A stretch of DNA of 38,493 bases from an uncultured bacterium (GCA_964624675.1 CAZUYF010000002.1:1-38493); one strand, 5' to 3'; shown: positions 1-9,502, counted from the stretch's first letter. The notes: generated by a model not told the origin, from the sequence alone. Made by a program: numbers and translations.

Positions 1-27
1 GCTCAGCGTTAGTCAGGTGAATCCTTC

Positions 28-609
28 TTAATTTCCGAAGAGTTCACGCCCCTTCCGGAATGCCTCAAGATTCACTTCCAGCGCCTTCGGAGGCACACGT
101 TCCTCTATGGCCTTTTTCCAATGTTCCTCATCGATAGGCAGATGAGTTGAGATCGCTCCAATCAGTACGACATTCACAACCCTGAGGTTGCCGAGTTCCC
201 TGGCTATCTCAACAGCGGGAATGAGGGTCACAGGAAGATTCTCCCTTTCTATTATTTCGTTAACGTCCGGGTACTCCGCGTGCCCAGTATTAACAGTCAT
301 GGGAGTTATTTCCAGGTCACAGGCCACAAGCTTGCCGTGGGGAGCCAGGTAGGGAGACCATCTGAGGCTCTCCATCTTCTCCATTGAAAGGATAAGATCC
401 GCACACCCTTTTTCCACAAGAGGACTGTAAATCTTCTCTCCGAAACGGACATGGCTGGAAACGCTTCCGCCTCGCTGGGACATTCCGTGGACTTCGCTCT
501 TCTTTACATCATACCCCGAGAGAAGAGCTGCCGCACACAGGACTTCACTGGCAAGGAGTATTCCCTGTCCGCCGGTTCCGCAGATGATAACATTGGTTAC
601 GGATTTCAT
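28..609 (-). CDS. iorB: indolepyruvate:ferredoxin oxidoreductase, beta subunit
   Basis: 193-aa ORF with N-terminal 'VIICGTGGQGILLASEVL', typical of the gamma/beta-type subunit of 2-oxoacid:ferredoxin oxidoreductases. Its ATG overlaps the iorA stop (ATGA at 606-609). Confidence 0.85.
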   Translation of the reverse strand: MKSVTNVIICGTGGQGILLASEVLCAAALLSGYDVKKSEVHGMSQRGGSVSSHVRFGEKIYSPLVEKGCADLILSMEKMESLRWSPYLAPHGKLVACDLEITPMTVNTGHAEYPDVNEIIERENLPVTLIPAVEIARELGNLRVVNVVLIGAISTHLPIDEEHWKKAIEERVPPKALEVNLEAFRKGRELFGN

Positions 610-2390
610 GTCTGTCCTCCCATATCCTTGGAGATGGCATCAACAGGGCATACCTGTACGCACAGGTCGCAATCAGGCCAGCATAGATGGCTGCTGATCT
701 CCGGTTTCTCTCCGTCCCAGCTTATGGCGGGACAGCCAAGCTTCATACACAGCTTGCAGCTTATACATTTTTCCGGGTCTACTACCGCTACACCCTTTCG
801 AATCGGCTTGTAAGCCATGATGCAGGGTCTCTTCGTGATAATTACGGAGAGTTCGTCACGGTTCATTTCCTCTTTCAGGATCTTTTCCATTTCCGGAAGG
901 TCGTGCGGATCGACAACGCGAATATGCTTGACTCCACAGGCTGTAACCAATTTCTCCAGATCAAGAACGGGAGCGGGTTCACCACGGAGATTCTTTCCTG
1001 TTGTAGGGTTATCCTGTCCTCCGGTCATCGCCGTAAGGCTGTTGTCCATGATCATAACTGTTCCTGTATTCCCGTTGTACACCATATCTATAAGCCCGGT
1101 TATTCCAGAATGAACGAAGGTTGACTCACCGATGGCAGCAACAAGTTTACCCATTCCTTCCCTGCCGACAGCCTTTTCTATCCCCGCGAGGACTCCAATG
1201 GACGCTCCCATACATATCGTTGTTTCCAGCGCGTTATGGGGAGGCATAAGCCCTAGAGTGTAACAGCCTATATCACCTGTTGAACTGCCGCCAAGTTTGC
1301 TCAAGCAGTAGAAAGCTCCTCTGTGGGGACACCCGGCACACAGGGCCGGAGGTCTCGCCGGGAGCTTAATCTCGCTGAAGGTTATCTCCCTGGTTGTACC
1401 TGGGTGAACCGCTTTCCTTACGATCTCAGGATTCAACTCTCCCTCAATGGGAATGATGTTCTTTCCATCAGCCTTAATAAGGAACCGGGCTTTTATGTTC
1501 TCCTCCAGGTAGGGATCGTTTTCTTCAACGAAGACGACTCTGTCCACCATATTTATAAACTTCTCTATAAGGTTCCATGGCAAGGGGTTAGAAAGGCCTA
1601 TCTTGAGTATGCTGGCCTCGGGACTTACTTCCTTGACGTACTGGTAGGATATTCCGCTTGTAATTATACCAAGGGAGGTATCTCCCTTTTCTATTCTGTT
1701 CAGAGAACATTCCGAACCCCAGGCGGAAATATCCTTGAGCCTTTTCTCAACCCTGCTGTGCATCGCTCTGGCATGGGCGGGAATAGGCACTCTTTTCTTT
1801 ATATCTCCCACGTAACCCTTTACGGATTTCTCTTTTCGAGGACCAACCTTCACCATGCTTTTTGAGTGACAGATCCTTGTTGTCAGTCTTAGAAGAACAG
1901 GAGTGTCAAAATCCTCGGAGATCCTCAAGCCCTCTCCCACCATATCCTTTGCTTCCTGGCTGTCTGATGGTTCGAGGATGACAACCTTGGCGGCCTTTCC
2001 TATCAGCCTGTTGTCCTGCTCGTTCTGACTTGAGTGCATACCAGGATCATCGGCTGATACAATTACGATTCCGCCTGTCGCTCCGATATAGCTGAGTGTG
2101 AAAAGCGGGTCTGCGGCAACGTTAAGCCCCACATGCTTCATTGCCGATAGAACCCGTGCTCCTGCGAACGACGCTCCAGCGACTACTTCAAGCCCTACCT
2201 TCTCGTTTGGAGCCCACTGAGCGTCTATCTCATCGTACTCTTCAGCGATCGTTTCAAGAATTTCGGTTGAAGGTGTTCCGGGATAGGCCGAGGCAAAGTG
2301 AACACCATACTCCCATGCGCCTCTCGCCACAGCTTCATTACCCGAAAGAAGGATGGTTCCTTCTTCTAGCGTATTCAGCTTCTTCCTCAT
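606..2390 (-). CDS. iorA: indolepyruvate:ferredoxin oxidoreductase, alpha subunit (TPP-binding, C-terminal 2x[4Fe-4S])
   Basis: 594-aa ORF with TPP-enzyme-like core motifs ('GYPGTPSTEI', 'GDIGCYTLG', 'GESTFVHSG'). Two C-terminal CxxCxxCxxxCP-type clusters are present ('CISCKLCMKLGCP', 'CDLCVQVCP'). SD-like AAGGTGG lies upstream of the ATG. Confidence 0.88.
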   Translation of the reverse strand: MRKKLNTLEEGTILLSGNEAVARGAWEYGVHFASAYPGTPSTEILETIAEEYDEIDAQWAPNEKVGLEVVAGASFAGARVLSAMKHVGLNVAADPLFTLSYIGATGGIVIVSADDPGMHSSQNEQDNRLIGKAAKVVILEPSDSQEAKDMVGEGLRISEDFDTPVLLRLTTRICHSKSMVKVGPRKEKSVKGYVGDIKKRVPIPAHARAMHSRVEKRLKDISAWGSECSLNRIEKGDTSLGIITSGISYQYVKEVSPEASILKIGLSNPLPWNLIEKFINMVDRVVFVEENDPYLEENIKARFLIKADGKNIIPIEGELNPEIVRKAVHPGTTREITFSEIKLPARPPALCAGCPHRGAFYCLSKLGGSSTGDIGCYTLGLMPPHNALETTICMGASIGVLAGIEKAVGREGMGKLVAAIGESTFVHSGITGLIDMVYNGNTGTVMIMDNSLTAMTGGQDNPTTGKNLRGEPAPVLDLEKLVTACGVKHIRVVDPHDLPEMEKILKEEMNRDELSVIITKRPCIMAYKPIRKGVAVVDPEKCISCKLCMKLGCPAISWDGEKPEISSHLCWPDCDLCVQVCPVDAISKDMGGQT

Positions 2391-2409
2391 TTGCCACCTT
2401 TCATTTCTA

Positions 2410-3489
2410 TCAATACACTTTTACTTCTTCTACGGAATCAAGAACTCTGAGAACACCTCTCATAAGAGCTTCAAGTTCTTCTTCTCCTGGAAAGATAATG
2501 ATTTTTCCGAGGTACTCAAGGTTCTGCTCCAGTCTGTCCGTCATCCACTTGTTGTGCGCAATTCCTCCGGTAATGACAACCGCGTCAACTTTTCCCGCAA
2601 GCGCCGCGCCCATCGCTCCAGCTTCCTTTGTTATCTGATATGCCATCGCTTTCAGGGCCAGATCACATTCTTTATCTCCTGCCGCTGCCCGGTCCAGAGC
2701 TTCTCCAACATGATCGGTGCCTGTATACGCCAGAAGACCCCCGCGCTTCAGAAGCATAACTTTCATATCATTCCAGGTGTAATCACCTGACAGACATAGT
2801 TTCGCAAGACCTGTTGTCGGAAGAGAACCAACCCTCTGGGGGCTGAAAGGTCCTCCGTCGTTGGCCTGGCTGGTGTCTATCATTCTGCCTTCTCTTATTG
2901 CAGTGACGGATATCCCGCTTCCCAGATGAAGAACCACGAGGTTCAGTTCGTTGAGTTCCCCTCCCAGCATTTCCGCAGCCTTGTAGGCTACCATCCTGAT
3001 ATTGAGAGCGTGGCTGAGACTGGTCCTTTCAAGGGAGGGAAGACCGGACAGTCTGGCCTCATCTATCATCTCATCAACACACACTGGGTCAACTATATAA
3101 GGTTTTATCCCGGCAGCCTTCGCAATACCGTGCGCGAGAAGAGCTCCGAGGTTGGATGGGTGATCAGCCTGCAGGGTCGATCCTTCCCTTATTGCCTCAA
3201 CGAGAGCTTCGTTAACTTCGTAGGTTCCGCTTTGCAGGGGTTTGAACGCGCCTCCGCGCCCTACAACAGCCGAAAGGTCCCCAAGACAGTAGCCTTCTTC
3301 TTCAAGAATCTGAAGTATTATTTTTCGCCTGAAATCATGCTGGTCGAAAGTGGAATCAAATTCATTCAGCTCATCAGGCAGATGTCTGATATTTTTCTCA
3401 AAAACAAGCTCTGTTTCGCGGAACAACCCTACCTTAGTTGATGTTCCTCCGGGGTTTATCGCGAAAATCAGTCTTTCATTATCAGCCAT
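2410..3489 (-). CDS. buk: butyrate (short/branched-chain acyl) kinase
   Basis: ASKHA-fold kinase signature 'ILAINPGGTSTK'-like ('IFAINPGGTSTKVGLF') and 'HLGSGISV'. The ORF track starts at 3516. ATG 3489 is preferred because it follows AGGAGG with 5-nt spacing and overlaps the ptb stop by 8 nt. Confidence 0.88.
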   Translation of the reverse strand: MADNERLIFAINPGGTSTKVGLFRETELVFEKNIRHLPDELNEFDSTFDQHDFRRKIILQILEEEGYCLGDLSAVVGRGGAFKPLQSGTYEVNEALVEAIREGSTLQADHPSNLGALLAHGIAKAAGIKPYIVDPVCVDEMIDEARLSGLPSLERTSLSHALNIRMVAYKAAEMLGGELNELNLVVLHLGSGISVTAIREGRMIDTSQANDGGPFSPQRVGSLPTTGLAKLCLSGDYTWNDMKVMLLKRGGLLAYTGTDHVGEALDRAAAGDKECDLALKAMAYQITKEAGAMGAALAGKVDAVVITGGIAHNKWMTDRLEQNLEYLGKIIIFPGEEELEALMRGVLRVLDSVEEVKVY

Positions 3490-4384
3490 GGTTACCTCCT
3501 GATACCACCACTCCAAGAGCCAGCGAATTTAATTTTGTGCGTGGCACATCTGACCTTGAGAGCATAACCACAGGCGATGCAGCGCCAGCTATCAGGCCGC
3601 CCAGCTCCGCTCCTGACATGTACATTAGTCCCTTTGCCAGAATGTTTCCACACGCGATATCCGGTGTTATCAGAACGTTGGCTCTTCCGGCTACTTCTCC
3701 AGTAATTCCCTTTATCGCAGCCGCTTCAGGGTCCATCGCTCCATCTACAGCAATAGGGCCTGCTACAGCCAGACCGGGAATCCCCTCTGCGGCAATTTCA
3801 GCGAACATAACCGTTTCGGGCATTTTCTCGTTCGGCACTTCTACAGCTGCAAGAAGAGCAACAAGAGGTTTTTCTGCTCCAAGTTTCGTTATCACACCGG
3901 CTGCATTCAGCGCTATCTGCCGGGCAGCTTCTTTGTCCGGCCTTATGTTCATCCCTCCATCGGAGATTGCAACAAGTCTTTCCAGGCTGGGTACTTGCAG
4001 CACCGCTACGTGGCTGAGTATACGACCGGTTCTCAGACCGGTTTCCTTATCGAGCAGCGCTTTCTGGAAGATAGAGGTTTTCAGCAAACCCTTCATCAGA
4101 ATATTCGCTTCTCCGGAACGTACAAGTCTTACGGCCTCCAGCGCGGCTTTTTCGGGATTTTCAGAGTTCACGATCTCGATTCCGTCGGGAAGTTTTCTTC
4201 CAAGTTCCCGCAGGGTGTCCATGACCCCGGATGCAGGCCCTACTATTATAGCTGATGCAATATCTTCTTCGAAAGCCGTTATCAATGCTTCTATGGATGA
4301 AGCGTCGTGTCCCATGGGAATAGCGACCCTTGCGTCCGAAATGCCTCTGGCAGCTTGCCTGATTTCATTGAAATTCTTGAACAA
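3482..4384 (-). CDS. ptb: phosphate butyryltransferase (phosphotransacylase)
   Basis: 300-aa ORF with the PTA/PTB-family layout ('IPMGHD...', 'ISDGGMN', 'GNILAKGL'). TTG start is preceded by GGGAGG with 5-nt spacing. It sits directly upstream of buk, the classic pairing. Confidence 0.85.
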   Translation of the reverse strand: MFKNFNEIRQAARGISDARVAIPMGHDASSIEALITAFEEDIASAIIVGPASGVMDTLRELGRKLPDGIEIVNSENPEKAALEAVRLVRSGEANILMKGLLKTSIFQKALLDKETGLRTGRILSHVAVLQVPSLERLVAISDGGMNIRPDKEAARQIALNAAGVITKLGAEKPLVALLAAVEVPNEKMPETVMFAEIAAEGIPGLAVAGPIAVDGAMDPEAAAIKGITGEVAGRANVLITPDIACGNILAKGLMYMSGAELGGLIAGAASPVVMLSRSDVPRTKLNSLALGVVVSGGNHG

Positions 4385-4540
4385 GTGAACCTCCCTGATA
4401 TGCGAAACCCCTTCTTAAGAAATACGTGTAATTGATCCTATAAGGATTCGATTGAAGTGGTCTCAGTTCCGTCGTTTTTTGTATTATGTATATTGATCTT
4501 ACGGCAGCCAAGGTCATATTTGGCAGTATGGTGGTAAAGC

Positions 4541-5242
4541 ATGACGAAACACACAGTTGAGCACAATTTTATCCCGGCGTGGGATACCTCTGGTGCATTT
4601 CTTTTTGATTTCGACGGTGTACTCGCAGACAGTGAACCTCTCTTCAGAAGATCATGGAACATTGCGTTGCAGCCATGGGGTCATGAAATTTCTCCCGAGG
4701 ATTACTGGAAGTACTGGTCTTCTCTTGGCGAGGGTCTTGAGGGGGAGATCAGAAGGTACGGACTGGACAGTATAGACGTACCTCTTGCGAGGAAGCGGCA
4801 GAAGAACATCTACGAAGGTTTTGTGAGCGACGGCATGGTTCCTCTGTTTCCACAGTCCGCCATGCTTCTTGAAATGCTGTCTTCAGAGAGAATAGCGTCC
4901 CGCTGGCCTTTCTGTATCGCATCTAACACCCCCCGCAAGCTTATACAGAAAATCCTCATCAAGGGGGGTGCGCCTGTTCCGATGATAGTTGGAGGAGATA
5001 ATCTCGAGAAAAAGCCCTCCCCCGACATTTTCCTCAGGGCATCTTCGTTGCTTGGCATCGAGCCCCGGTCAACCCTTGTCTTCGAGGACTCCCAGAAGGG
5101 TGTAACCGCTGCCGAAAGGGGTGGTTTCATCAGTGTACTGGTACTTAACTGTTACAACAGGGGGCTTGATATAAGCAGTGAATTCGTTATTGATAGTATT
5201 CAGTCGATATTTGACCTTCTGACCGAAAGGGGTTTGCAATGA
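4541..5242 (+). CDS. HAD-superfamily hydrolase/phosphatase (beta-phosphoglucomutase-like subfamily)
   Basis: HAD motif I 'FLFDFDGVLADSEP'. Later motifs are 'ASNTPRK' (motif II S/T region) and 'FEDSQKGVTAA' (motif IV region). The stop overlaps the next gene's ATG (ATGA). Confidence 0.8.
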   Translation: MTKHTVEHNFIPAWDTSGAFLFDFDGVLADSEPLFRRSWNIALQPWGHEISPEDYWKYWSSLGEGLEGEIRRYGLDSIDVPLARKRQKNIYEGFVSDGMVPLFPQSAMLLEMLSSERIASRWPFCIASNTPRKLIQKILIKGGAPVPMIVGGDNLEKKPSPDIFLRASSLLGIEPRSTLVFEDSQKGVTAAERGGFISVLVLNCYNRGLDISSEFVIDSIQSIFDLLTERGLQ

Positions 5243-5817
5243 ATCTTATTCTGGATGCGCAGATATTTGCATTACCATACGTCAGTTTTATCGCTGGCCT
5301 GTTATTCTGTTTTCTTGGAAGGAAAATGCTGGGATTCATAGTCATTCTTTTCGGATTTATCATTGGATACACCTGGGGAGCGACACTTCTGGCAGATGTT
5401 ATGAGCACGACAACCGCTTCGAGTCCATGGATACCATGGGCGGCGGGTATAGCGGGAGCTGCTCTTGGGCTTGTTGCCTGGAAATTATCGATGTTTCTGA
5501 TAGGAACTGTAATCGGCCTCTTTATTGTGAGGGGACTTCTGCCCTCCGTGCCCGGAGTAGCTCATGCTGGAATCGCCCTTACCTGCGGTATCCTCGTACA
5601 TCTTTACAGGGAACCGGTAATAGCTCTTCTTACCGCCATCTCCGGGGCATACATCGCTGCCGGTTCTGCAATTATCATGATGAATAAGTTTGGTTTTCTC
5701 AATGCTGTCGGGATACATTCGATATCTTCAAATGCGGCAACGCTCTTGATTGTTGTGCTGACCGGTATATTCGCTTTGACGGGATACAAGTTCCAGACGC
5801 GGGATATCAATGCTTGA
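5239..5817 (+). CDS. multi-pass membrane protein (DUF4203/TMEM198-like by appearance)
   Basis: 192-aa ORF that is almost entirely hydrophobic, with about 6 predicted TM helices rich in G/A/I/L. It is translationally coupled to the HAD gene. No catalytic motif recognised. Confidence 0.6.
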   Translation: MNLILDAQIFALPYVSFIAGLLFCFLGRKMLGFIVILFGFIIGYTWGATLLADVMSTTTASSPWIPWAAGIAGAALGLVAWKLSMFLIGTVIGLFIVRGLLPSVPGVAHAGIALTCGILVHLYREPVIALLTAISGAYIAAGSAIIMMNKFGFLNAVGIHSISSNAATLLIVVLTGIFALTGYKFQTRDINA

Positions 5818-5875
5818 AGAGACTTCGCGATAGGCTTATATTTTTAGATTGTGCTGATTATTCCATTCGCAGGAG

Positions 5876-6406
5876 GTGCATTTGGGCCAGAGACTGATTG
5901 ACTATGCGATGGTTGCCATCGCAATACTGACCGTTTTCGGACTTTTCAGGCTTTCAAGAATACTGATGCAGCGACTTCTTAAAACTCTCAGAAGCAGATA
6001 TACTGTTTTCGGACCTGACCGGATGCTGGTTACCGGGCTGATCTTTCTTCTTACGGGGCTGCTTTTTCTTCCCGCATTCACCTCTATTCTCGCGGTGATC
6101 AACAGCAATCACCTTACCGGGGGAATAGTTGTTCATCTTGTGCTGGTTGCTATCTCAATCGTACTTTTCAGCATCTCGGAGGACCTGTTCAGAGATTTTT
6201 CTACATGCTGTTCAGACAAAAAATGGTCCATCGGCAATCATTTCAAATGCGTATCGGTACCATTTCTCGCATTCTGGGCTATAGGTTGCATTTTCATAAG
6301 CCCTCTTTTCTATTCAGGTCTTACTCTGATTCTGGTACTTTTCTACCTTTTCGCTCTCTCCTGCAGATCAGGCACAGGTAACGGAGCAATGGATAAAACC
6401 GACTGA
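5876..6406 (+). CDS. hypothetical multi-pass membrane protein
   Basis: 176-aa ORF with about 4-5 hydrophobic helices. AGGAGG at 5871-5876 makes the in-frame TTG at 5882 a more likely start than GTG 5876. The stop overlaps the next ATG (TGATG at 6404-6408). Confidence 0.55.
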   Translation: MHLGQRLIDYAMVAIAILTVFGLFRLSRILMQRLLKTLRSRYTVFGPDRMLVTGLIFLLTGLLFLPAFTSILAVINSNHLTGGIVVHLVLVAISIVLFSISEDLFRDFSTCCSDKKWSIGNHFKCVSVPFLAFWAIGCIFISPLFYSGLTLILVLFYLFALSCRSGTGNGAMDKTD

Positions 6407-9219
6407 TGCAGGAAACAAAGCCTCGCATTCTCCACATTATTACCAAACTCGCGGTAGGTGGAGCTCAGTACAACACTCTCATCTCAACCAGAGATATTTC
6501 CGCGCGAGGATATCATTCCGATATCCTTACCGGTCCCGAGAAGCCTGCAGAGGGGGATCTCTTTGGCCTTGCGGAAAAGTGGAACCTTAATATCATCACG
6601 GCTCCTCATCTCAAGAGGAACATCTCTCCTCTTAGTGATTTTCTGGCTCTTTGCGAAATAAAAAAAGTCATCCGCAAGGGTAAATACAATATTGTCCATA
6701 CACATGGATCAAAGGCGCGCTTTCTAGGAAGGATAGCTGCTGCCACCTCCAGAGATGTGGTTGTAGTACAGACTGCTCATGGCTGGCCTTTCTACGATTC
6801 AATGAACCCGATTAAGGAAAAAGTCTACGTAACTCTCGAGAAAATAGGCTTTAATCTGGCTCATATCAATATCTGCGTAAGCCCCAGAGACCGTGACAAA
6901 GCCCTGGAGCATGGATTAGGTCATTTTGATGATTACAGGATAGTGCGCAGTGGAGTTAACTTCGATGAGTTTCGTGCCGCACGAGGCAGCGGTTCTGAAG
7001 CCAGAAAGAAACTGGGCATCAATCCAGACGCGGAAGTAATCGGCTCAGTTATGCGATTCTGTCCGGAGAAGGCACCGGATATTTACATCAAAGTCGCTGC
7101 TCAAGTAATAAAATCAAGGCCCAAAAGCATCTTCATCCTTGTTGGAGACGGCCCCCTCCGAAAACAGACCGAGGATCTGATCGATTCGCTTCAATTAAGG
7201 GATAACATCATCCTGCTCGGGAGCAGAAACGATGTCGCTGATATACTTCCCGCTTTTGATGTTTTCCTGATCACTTCCCGTACCGAGGGACTTCCCCGAG
7301 CACTTCTGGAATCTCTTGCAGCTGGTGTTCCTGTTGTTTCCACAAATGTTGGCGGAATACATGAACTGATAAATGACAGCCGAAACGGTTTTCTTTCCGA
7401 AGAGGGTGACATTGATTCTCTGGCTGCTGATGTCAACAGAATACTCGACTTTCCCGGCATGACGAAGGATATGATGGCTCATGTAGATGAGGATATCGAG
7501 CCCTTCTCTGCAAACCAGATGGTCAGTGACCTCTATTCGCTATATGCACGACTGATATCACCATCGCTCAATGTTGTTTTTCTATGCGACGATGAACCTT
7601 TCAACATTCCCAGAACAATCGCAAAGATCATCAGGAGAAGGCCTTTCAACAGGTATACGCTGGTTTCTCTCCGTGGTCATGGTTCTATTTCAAAACCTGT
7701 TCTGAATATACGGCGCTATATGAACCTTTACGGCTGCTTCGGGTTTTTCATTCAACTGTTCAGGTTCGCTGCTCTGAAGATATCCGGCGGGTTACTGCTC
7801 CCAACCCGATACTCACACTCCCTCAGGCAGACTGCCAGGAGGGAACATGCCGGTTATACTGCTCTTGACAGGCTGAATTCAAAGAAATCAAGAGACTATC
7901 TCACCTCACTTGACCCGGATGTTTTTATATCGTTAGCCTGCCCGCAGATATTGAGGAAGAAAACCCTGAAAATTCCCAGACTCGGAGCATGGAACGTGCA
8001 TTCGGCCATACTTCCGCGAAACAGAGGAATGCTCCCGACATTCTGGTCGCTTTTCAACGGAGATACTCCGGGTGTAACACTTCATGAAATGGTTCGGGAG
8101 CTTGATGCGGGTGAAATTCTGATTCAGAGGAGCATTGACTGTTCAATAGATGATACTGCTCTGCATCAGCTACTTGACAGAACTAAGCATCTTGCCGCTG
8201 AAGTAGTATCTGAAGGTCTTGATCTTCTTGAGGAAGGCGGCTATACGCTCCTTCCAAATCCATCTGCGGAAGCTACGATGAATAAATTCCCCTCGAAAAA
8301 CGACATTCAAAGATTCAAGTGGCTGGGCGGGAAGATAACAGGTATTAGAAATGAACGTCCAAAAGTTGCAGTATCATTCGATGTGGAGGAATGGTTCCAG
8401 ACATATGCTGCCAGGAAGTGGTACCCAAACGATAAATGGGATCAATTAAACAGCAGAATTGACAGTGTCCTCAACAGGATACTACAGATCCTCGATGACC
8501 ATCAGGCCAAGGCAACTTTCTTCTTTCTGGGCTGGATTGTTGAGCGTCATCCGGAACTTGTTCTTAAAATTGTCAGCAAGGGCCATGAAATAGGTTACCA
8601 CGGATACAACCATGTTGAGCTTACATCACTGACAAAAAAGAAGTTCAGAAGCAACCTTGACAGGTTCTTCAAACTGATCGATTCCCTTTCGATTCCCGCT
8701 CCTGTCGGCTTCAGGGCTCCCAGTTTTTCCATGAAGGCGGATACTTCGTGGGCGGTTGACGATATCGTTGCGCGGGGTTTCGAATACGATAGCAGCGTAT
8801 ACCCTATGTTCAAGCTGCGCTATGGAATACCGGAAGCTCCCCAAATGCCGTTCTACCTTAATGGAGAACAGAGTTCGATCATAGAACTTCCTCTTGCTTC
8901 AAAATCCATTGCCGGGCTGAAAGTACCCGTGGCAGGAGGAGCGTATTTCAGATTCTATCCCGGGTTCATACATCGAATGCTGCTTCGATCGGTAGCAAGG
9001 ACCAGAAGAACTCCTGTTATGTATTTTCATCCGTGGGAGATCGATTCAATAAATATCTCCAGCAGGATGAACCTCTTTCAGAGGGTCAGACAGCACCATA
9101 ATTCCGGCCGGAACACCATTTCAAAACTGCGCAAAATACTGAAATACTACAGGGGCATTACGTTGAGAGAACTTGCGGACGAAATGAAGGAGACTGATCT
9201 GCCAGATTTCAAGCTGTGA
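6406..9219 (+). CDS. three-domain fusion: GT4 glycosyltransferase (aa ~1-385) / formyltransferase-like domain (aa ~388-640) / NodB-type polysaccharide deacetylase, DUF3473-like (aa ~652-937)
   Basis: N-terminal: 'ILHIITKLAVGGAQ' and the E-x7-E motif 'EGLPRALLESLAAGVPVVSTNVGG'. Middle: Formyl_trans_N signature 'AWNVHSAILPRNRGMLPTFWSLFNGDTPGVTLHEMVRELDAGEILIQ', with Asn530/His532/Asp567 candidates all present. C-terminal: 'VAVSFDVEEWF', 'ATFFFLGWIVERHPELV', 'GHEIGYHGYNH'. Confidence 0.8.
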   Translation: MQETKPRILHIITKLAVGGAQYNTLISTRDISARGYHSDILTGPEKPAEGDLFGLAEKWNLNIITAPHLKRNISPLSDFLALCEIKKVIRKGKYNIVHTHGSKARFLGRIAAATSRDVVVVQTAHGWPFYDSMNPIKEKVYVTLEKIGFNLAHINICVSPRDRDKALEHGLGHFDDYRIVRSGVNFDEFRAARGSGSEARKKLGINPDAEVIGSVMRFCPEKAPDIYIKVAAQVIKSRPKSIFILVGDGPLRKQTEDLIDSLQLRDNIILLGSRNDVADILPAFDVFLITSRTEGLPRALLESLAAGVPVVSTNVGGIHELINDSRNGFLSEEGDIDSLAADVNRILDFPGMTKDMMAHVDEDIEPFSANQMVSDLYSLYARLISPSLNVVFLCDDEPFNIPRTIAKIIRRRPFNRYTLVSLRGHGSISKPVLNIRRYMNLYGCFGFFIQLFRFAALKISGGLLLPTRYSHSLRQTARREHAGYTALDRLNSKKSRDYLTSLDPDVFISLACPQILRKKTLKIPRLGAWNVHSAILPRNRGMLPTFWSLFNGDTPGVTLHEMVRELDAGEILIQRSIDCSIDDTALHQLLDRTKHLAAEVVSEGLDLLEEGGYTLLPNPSAEATMNKFPSKNDIQRFKWLGGKITGIRNERPKVAVSFDVEEWFQTYAARKWYPNDKWDQLNSRIDSVLNRILQILDDHQAKATFFFLGWIVERHPELVLKIVSKGHEIGYHGYNHVELTSLTKKKFRSNLDRFFKLIDSLSIPAPVGFRAPSFSMKADTSWAVDDIVARGFEYDSSVYPMFKLRYGIPEAPQMPFYLNGEQSSIIELPLASKSIAGLKVPVAGGAYFRFYPGFIHRMLLRSVARTRRTPVMYFHPWEIDSINISSRMNLFQRVRQHHNSGRNTISKLRKILKYYRGITLRELADEMKETDLPDFKL

Positions 9220-9253
9220 AAAACCGCCTGAAGCATGAACATCAGGCGGTTTT
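9220..9253. terminator. bidirectional intrinsic terminator between the convergent fusion gene and the ferredoxin gene
   Basis: AAAACCGCCTGA-(10-nt loop)-TCAGGCGGTTTT. The 8-bp GC-rich stem is flanked by an A-run on one side and a T-run on the other, so it reads as a terminator on both strands. Confidence 0.8.
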
Positions 9254-9277
9254 ACTTACTTGAAACTCACATCCGAA

Positions 9278-9445
9278 TTACGGAGCGTCTATAGCTCCTA
9301 CAGGACAGGCCGGAACGCATGCTCCGCAGTCTATGCATGTGTCGGGATCTATCGTGTACTTATCTCCTTCGCTTATAGCGTCAACTGGACATTCCGGCTT
9401 GCACGCTCCGCAGGCAATACACTCATCATTAATTTTGTGTGCCAT
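9278..9445 (-). CDS. fdx: 2x[4Fe-4S] ferredoxin (clostridial type, 55 aa)
   Basis: 'CIACGACKPECPVDAI' and 'CIDCGACVPACPVGAI'. The ORF track starts at 9487. ATG 9445 (MAHKINDEC...) is preceded by AAGGAG with 6-nt spacing and gives the canonical 55-aa length. Confidence 0.88.
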   Translation of the reverse strand: MAHKINDECIACGACKPECPVDAISEGDKYTIDPDTCIDCGACVPACPVGAIDAP

Positions 9446-9502
9446 TAGCTCTCCTTCCATTCCTTCTGATAGAACAATATCATTCATTTCTACGTTTGAG
9501 CG

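Noticed and set aside
4446-4458. Small inverted repeat ATCCT-ATA-AGGAT in the ptb/HAD divergent intergenic region, a possible operator
   Set aside because: The arms are only 5 bp, which is too short to distinguish from chance without conservation data.
4438-4662. 74-aa minus-strand ORF in the ptb/HAD divergent region
   Set aside because: It overlaps the 5' end of the well-supported HAD gene on the opposite strand. It has no SD and an implausible composition.
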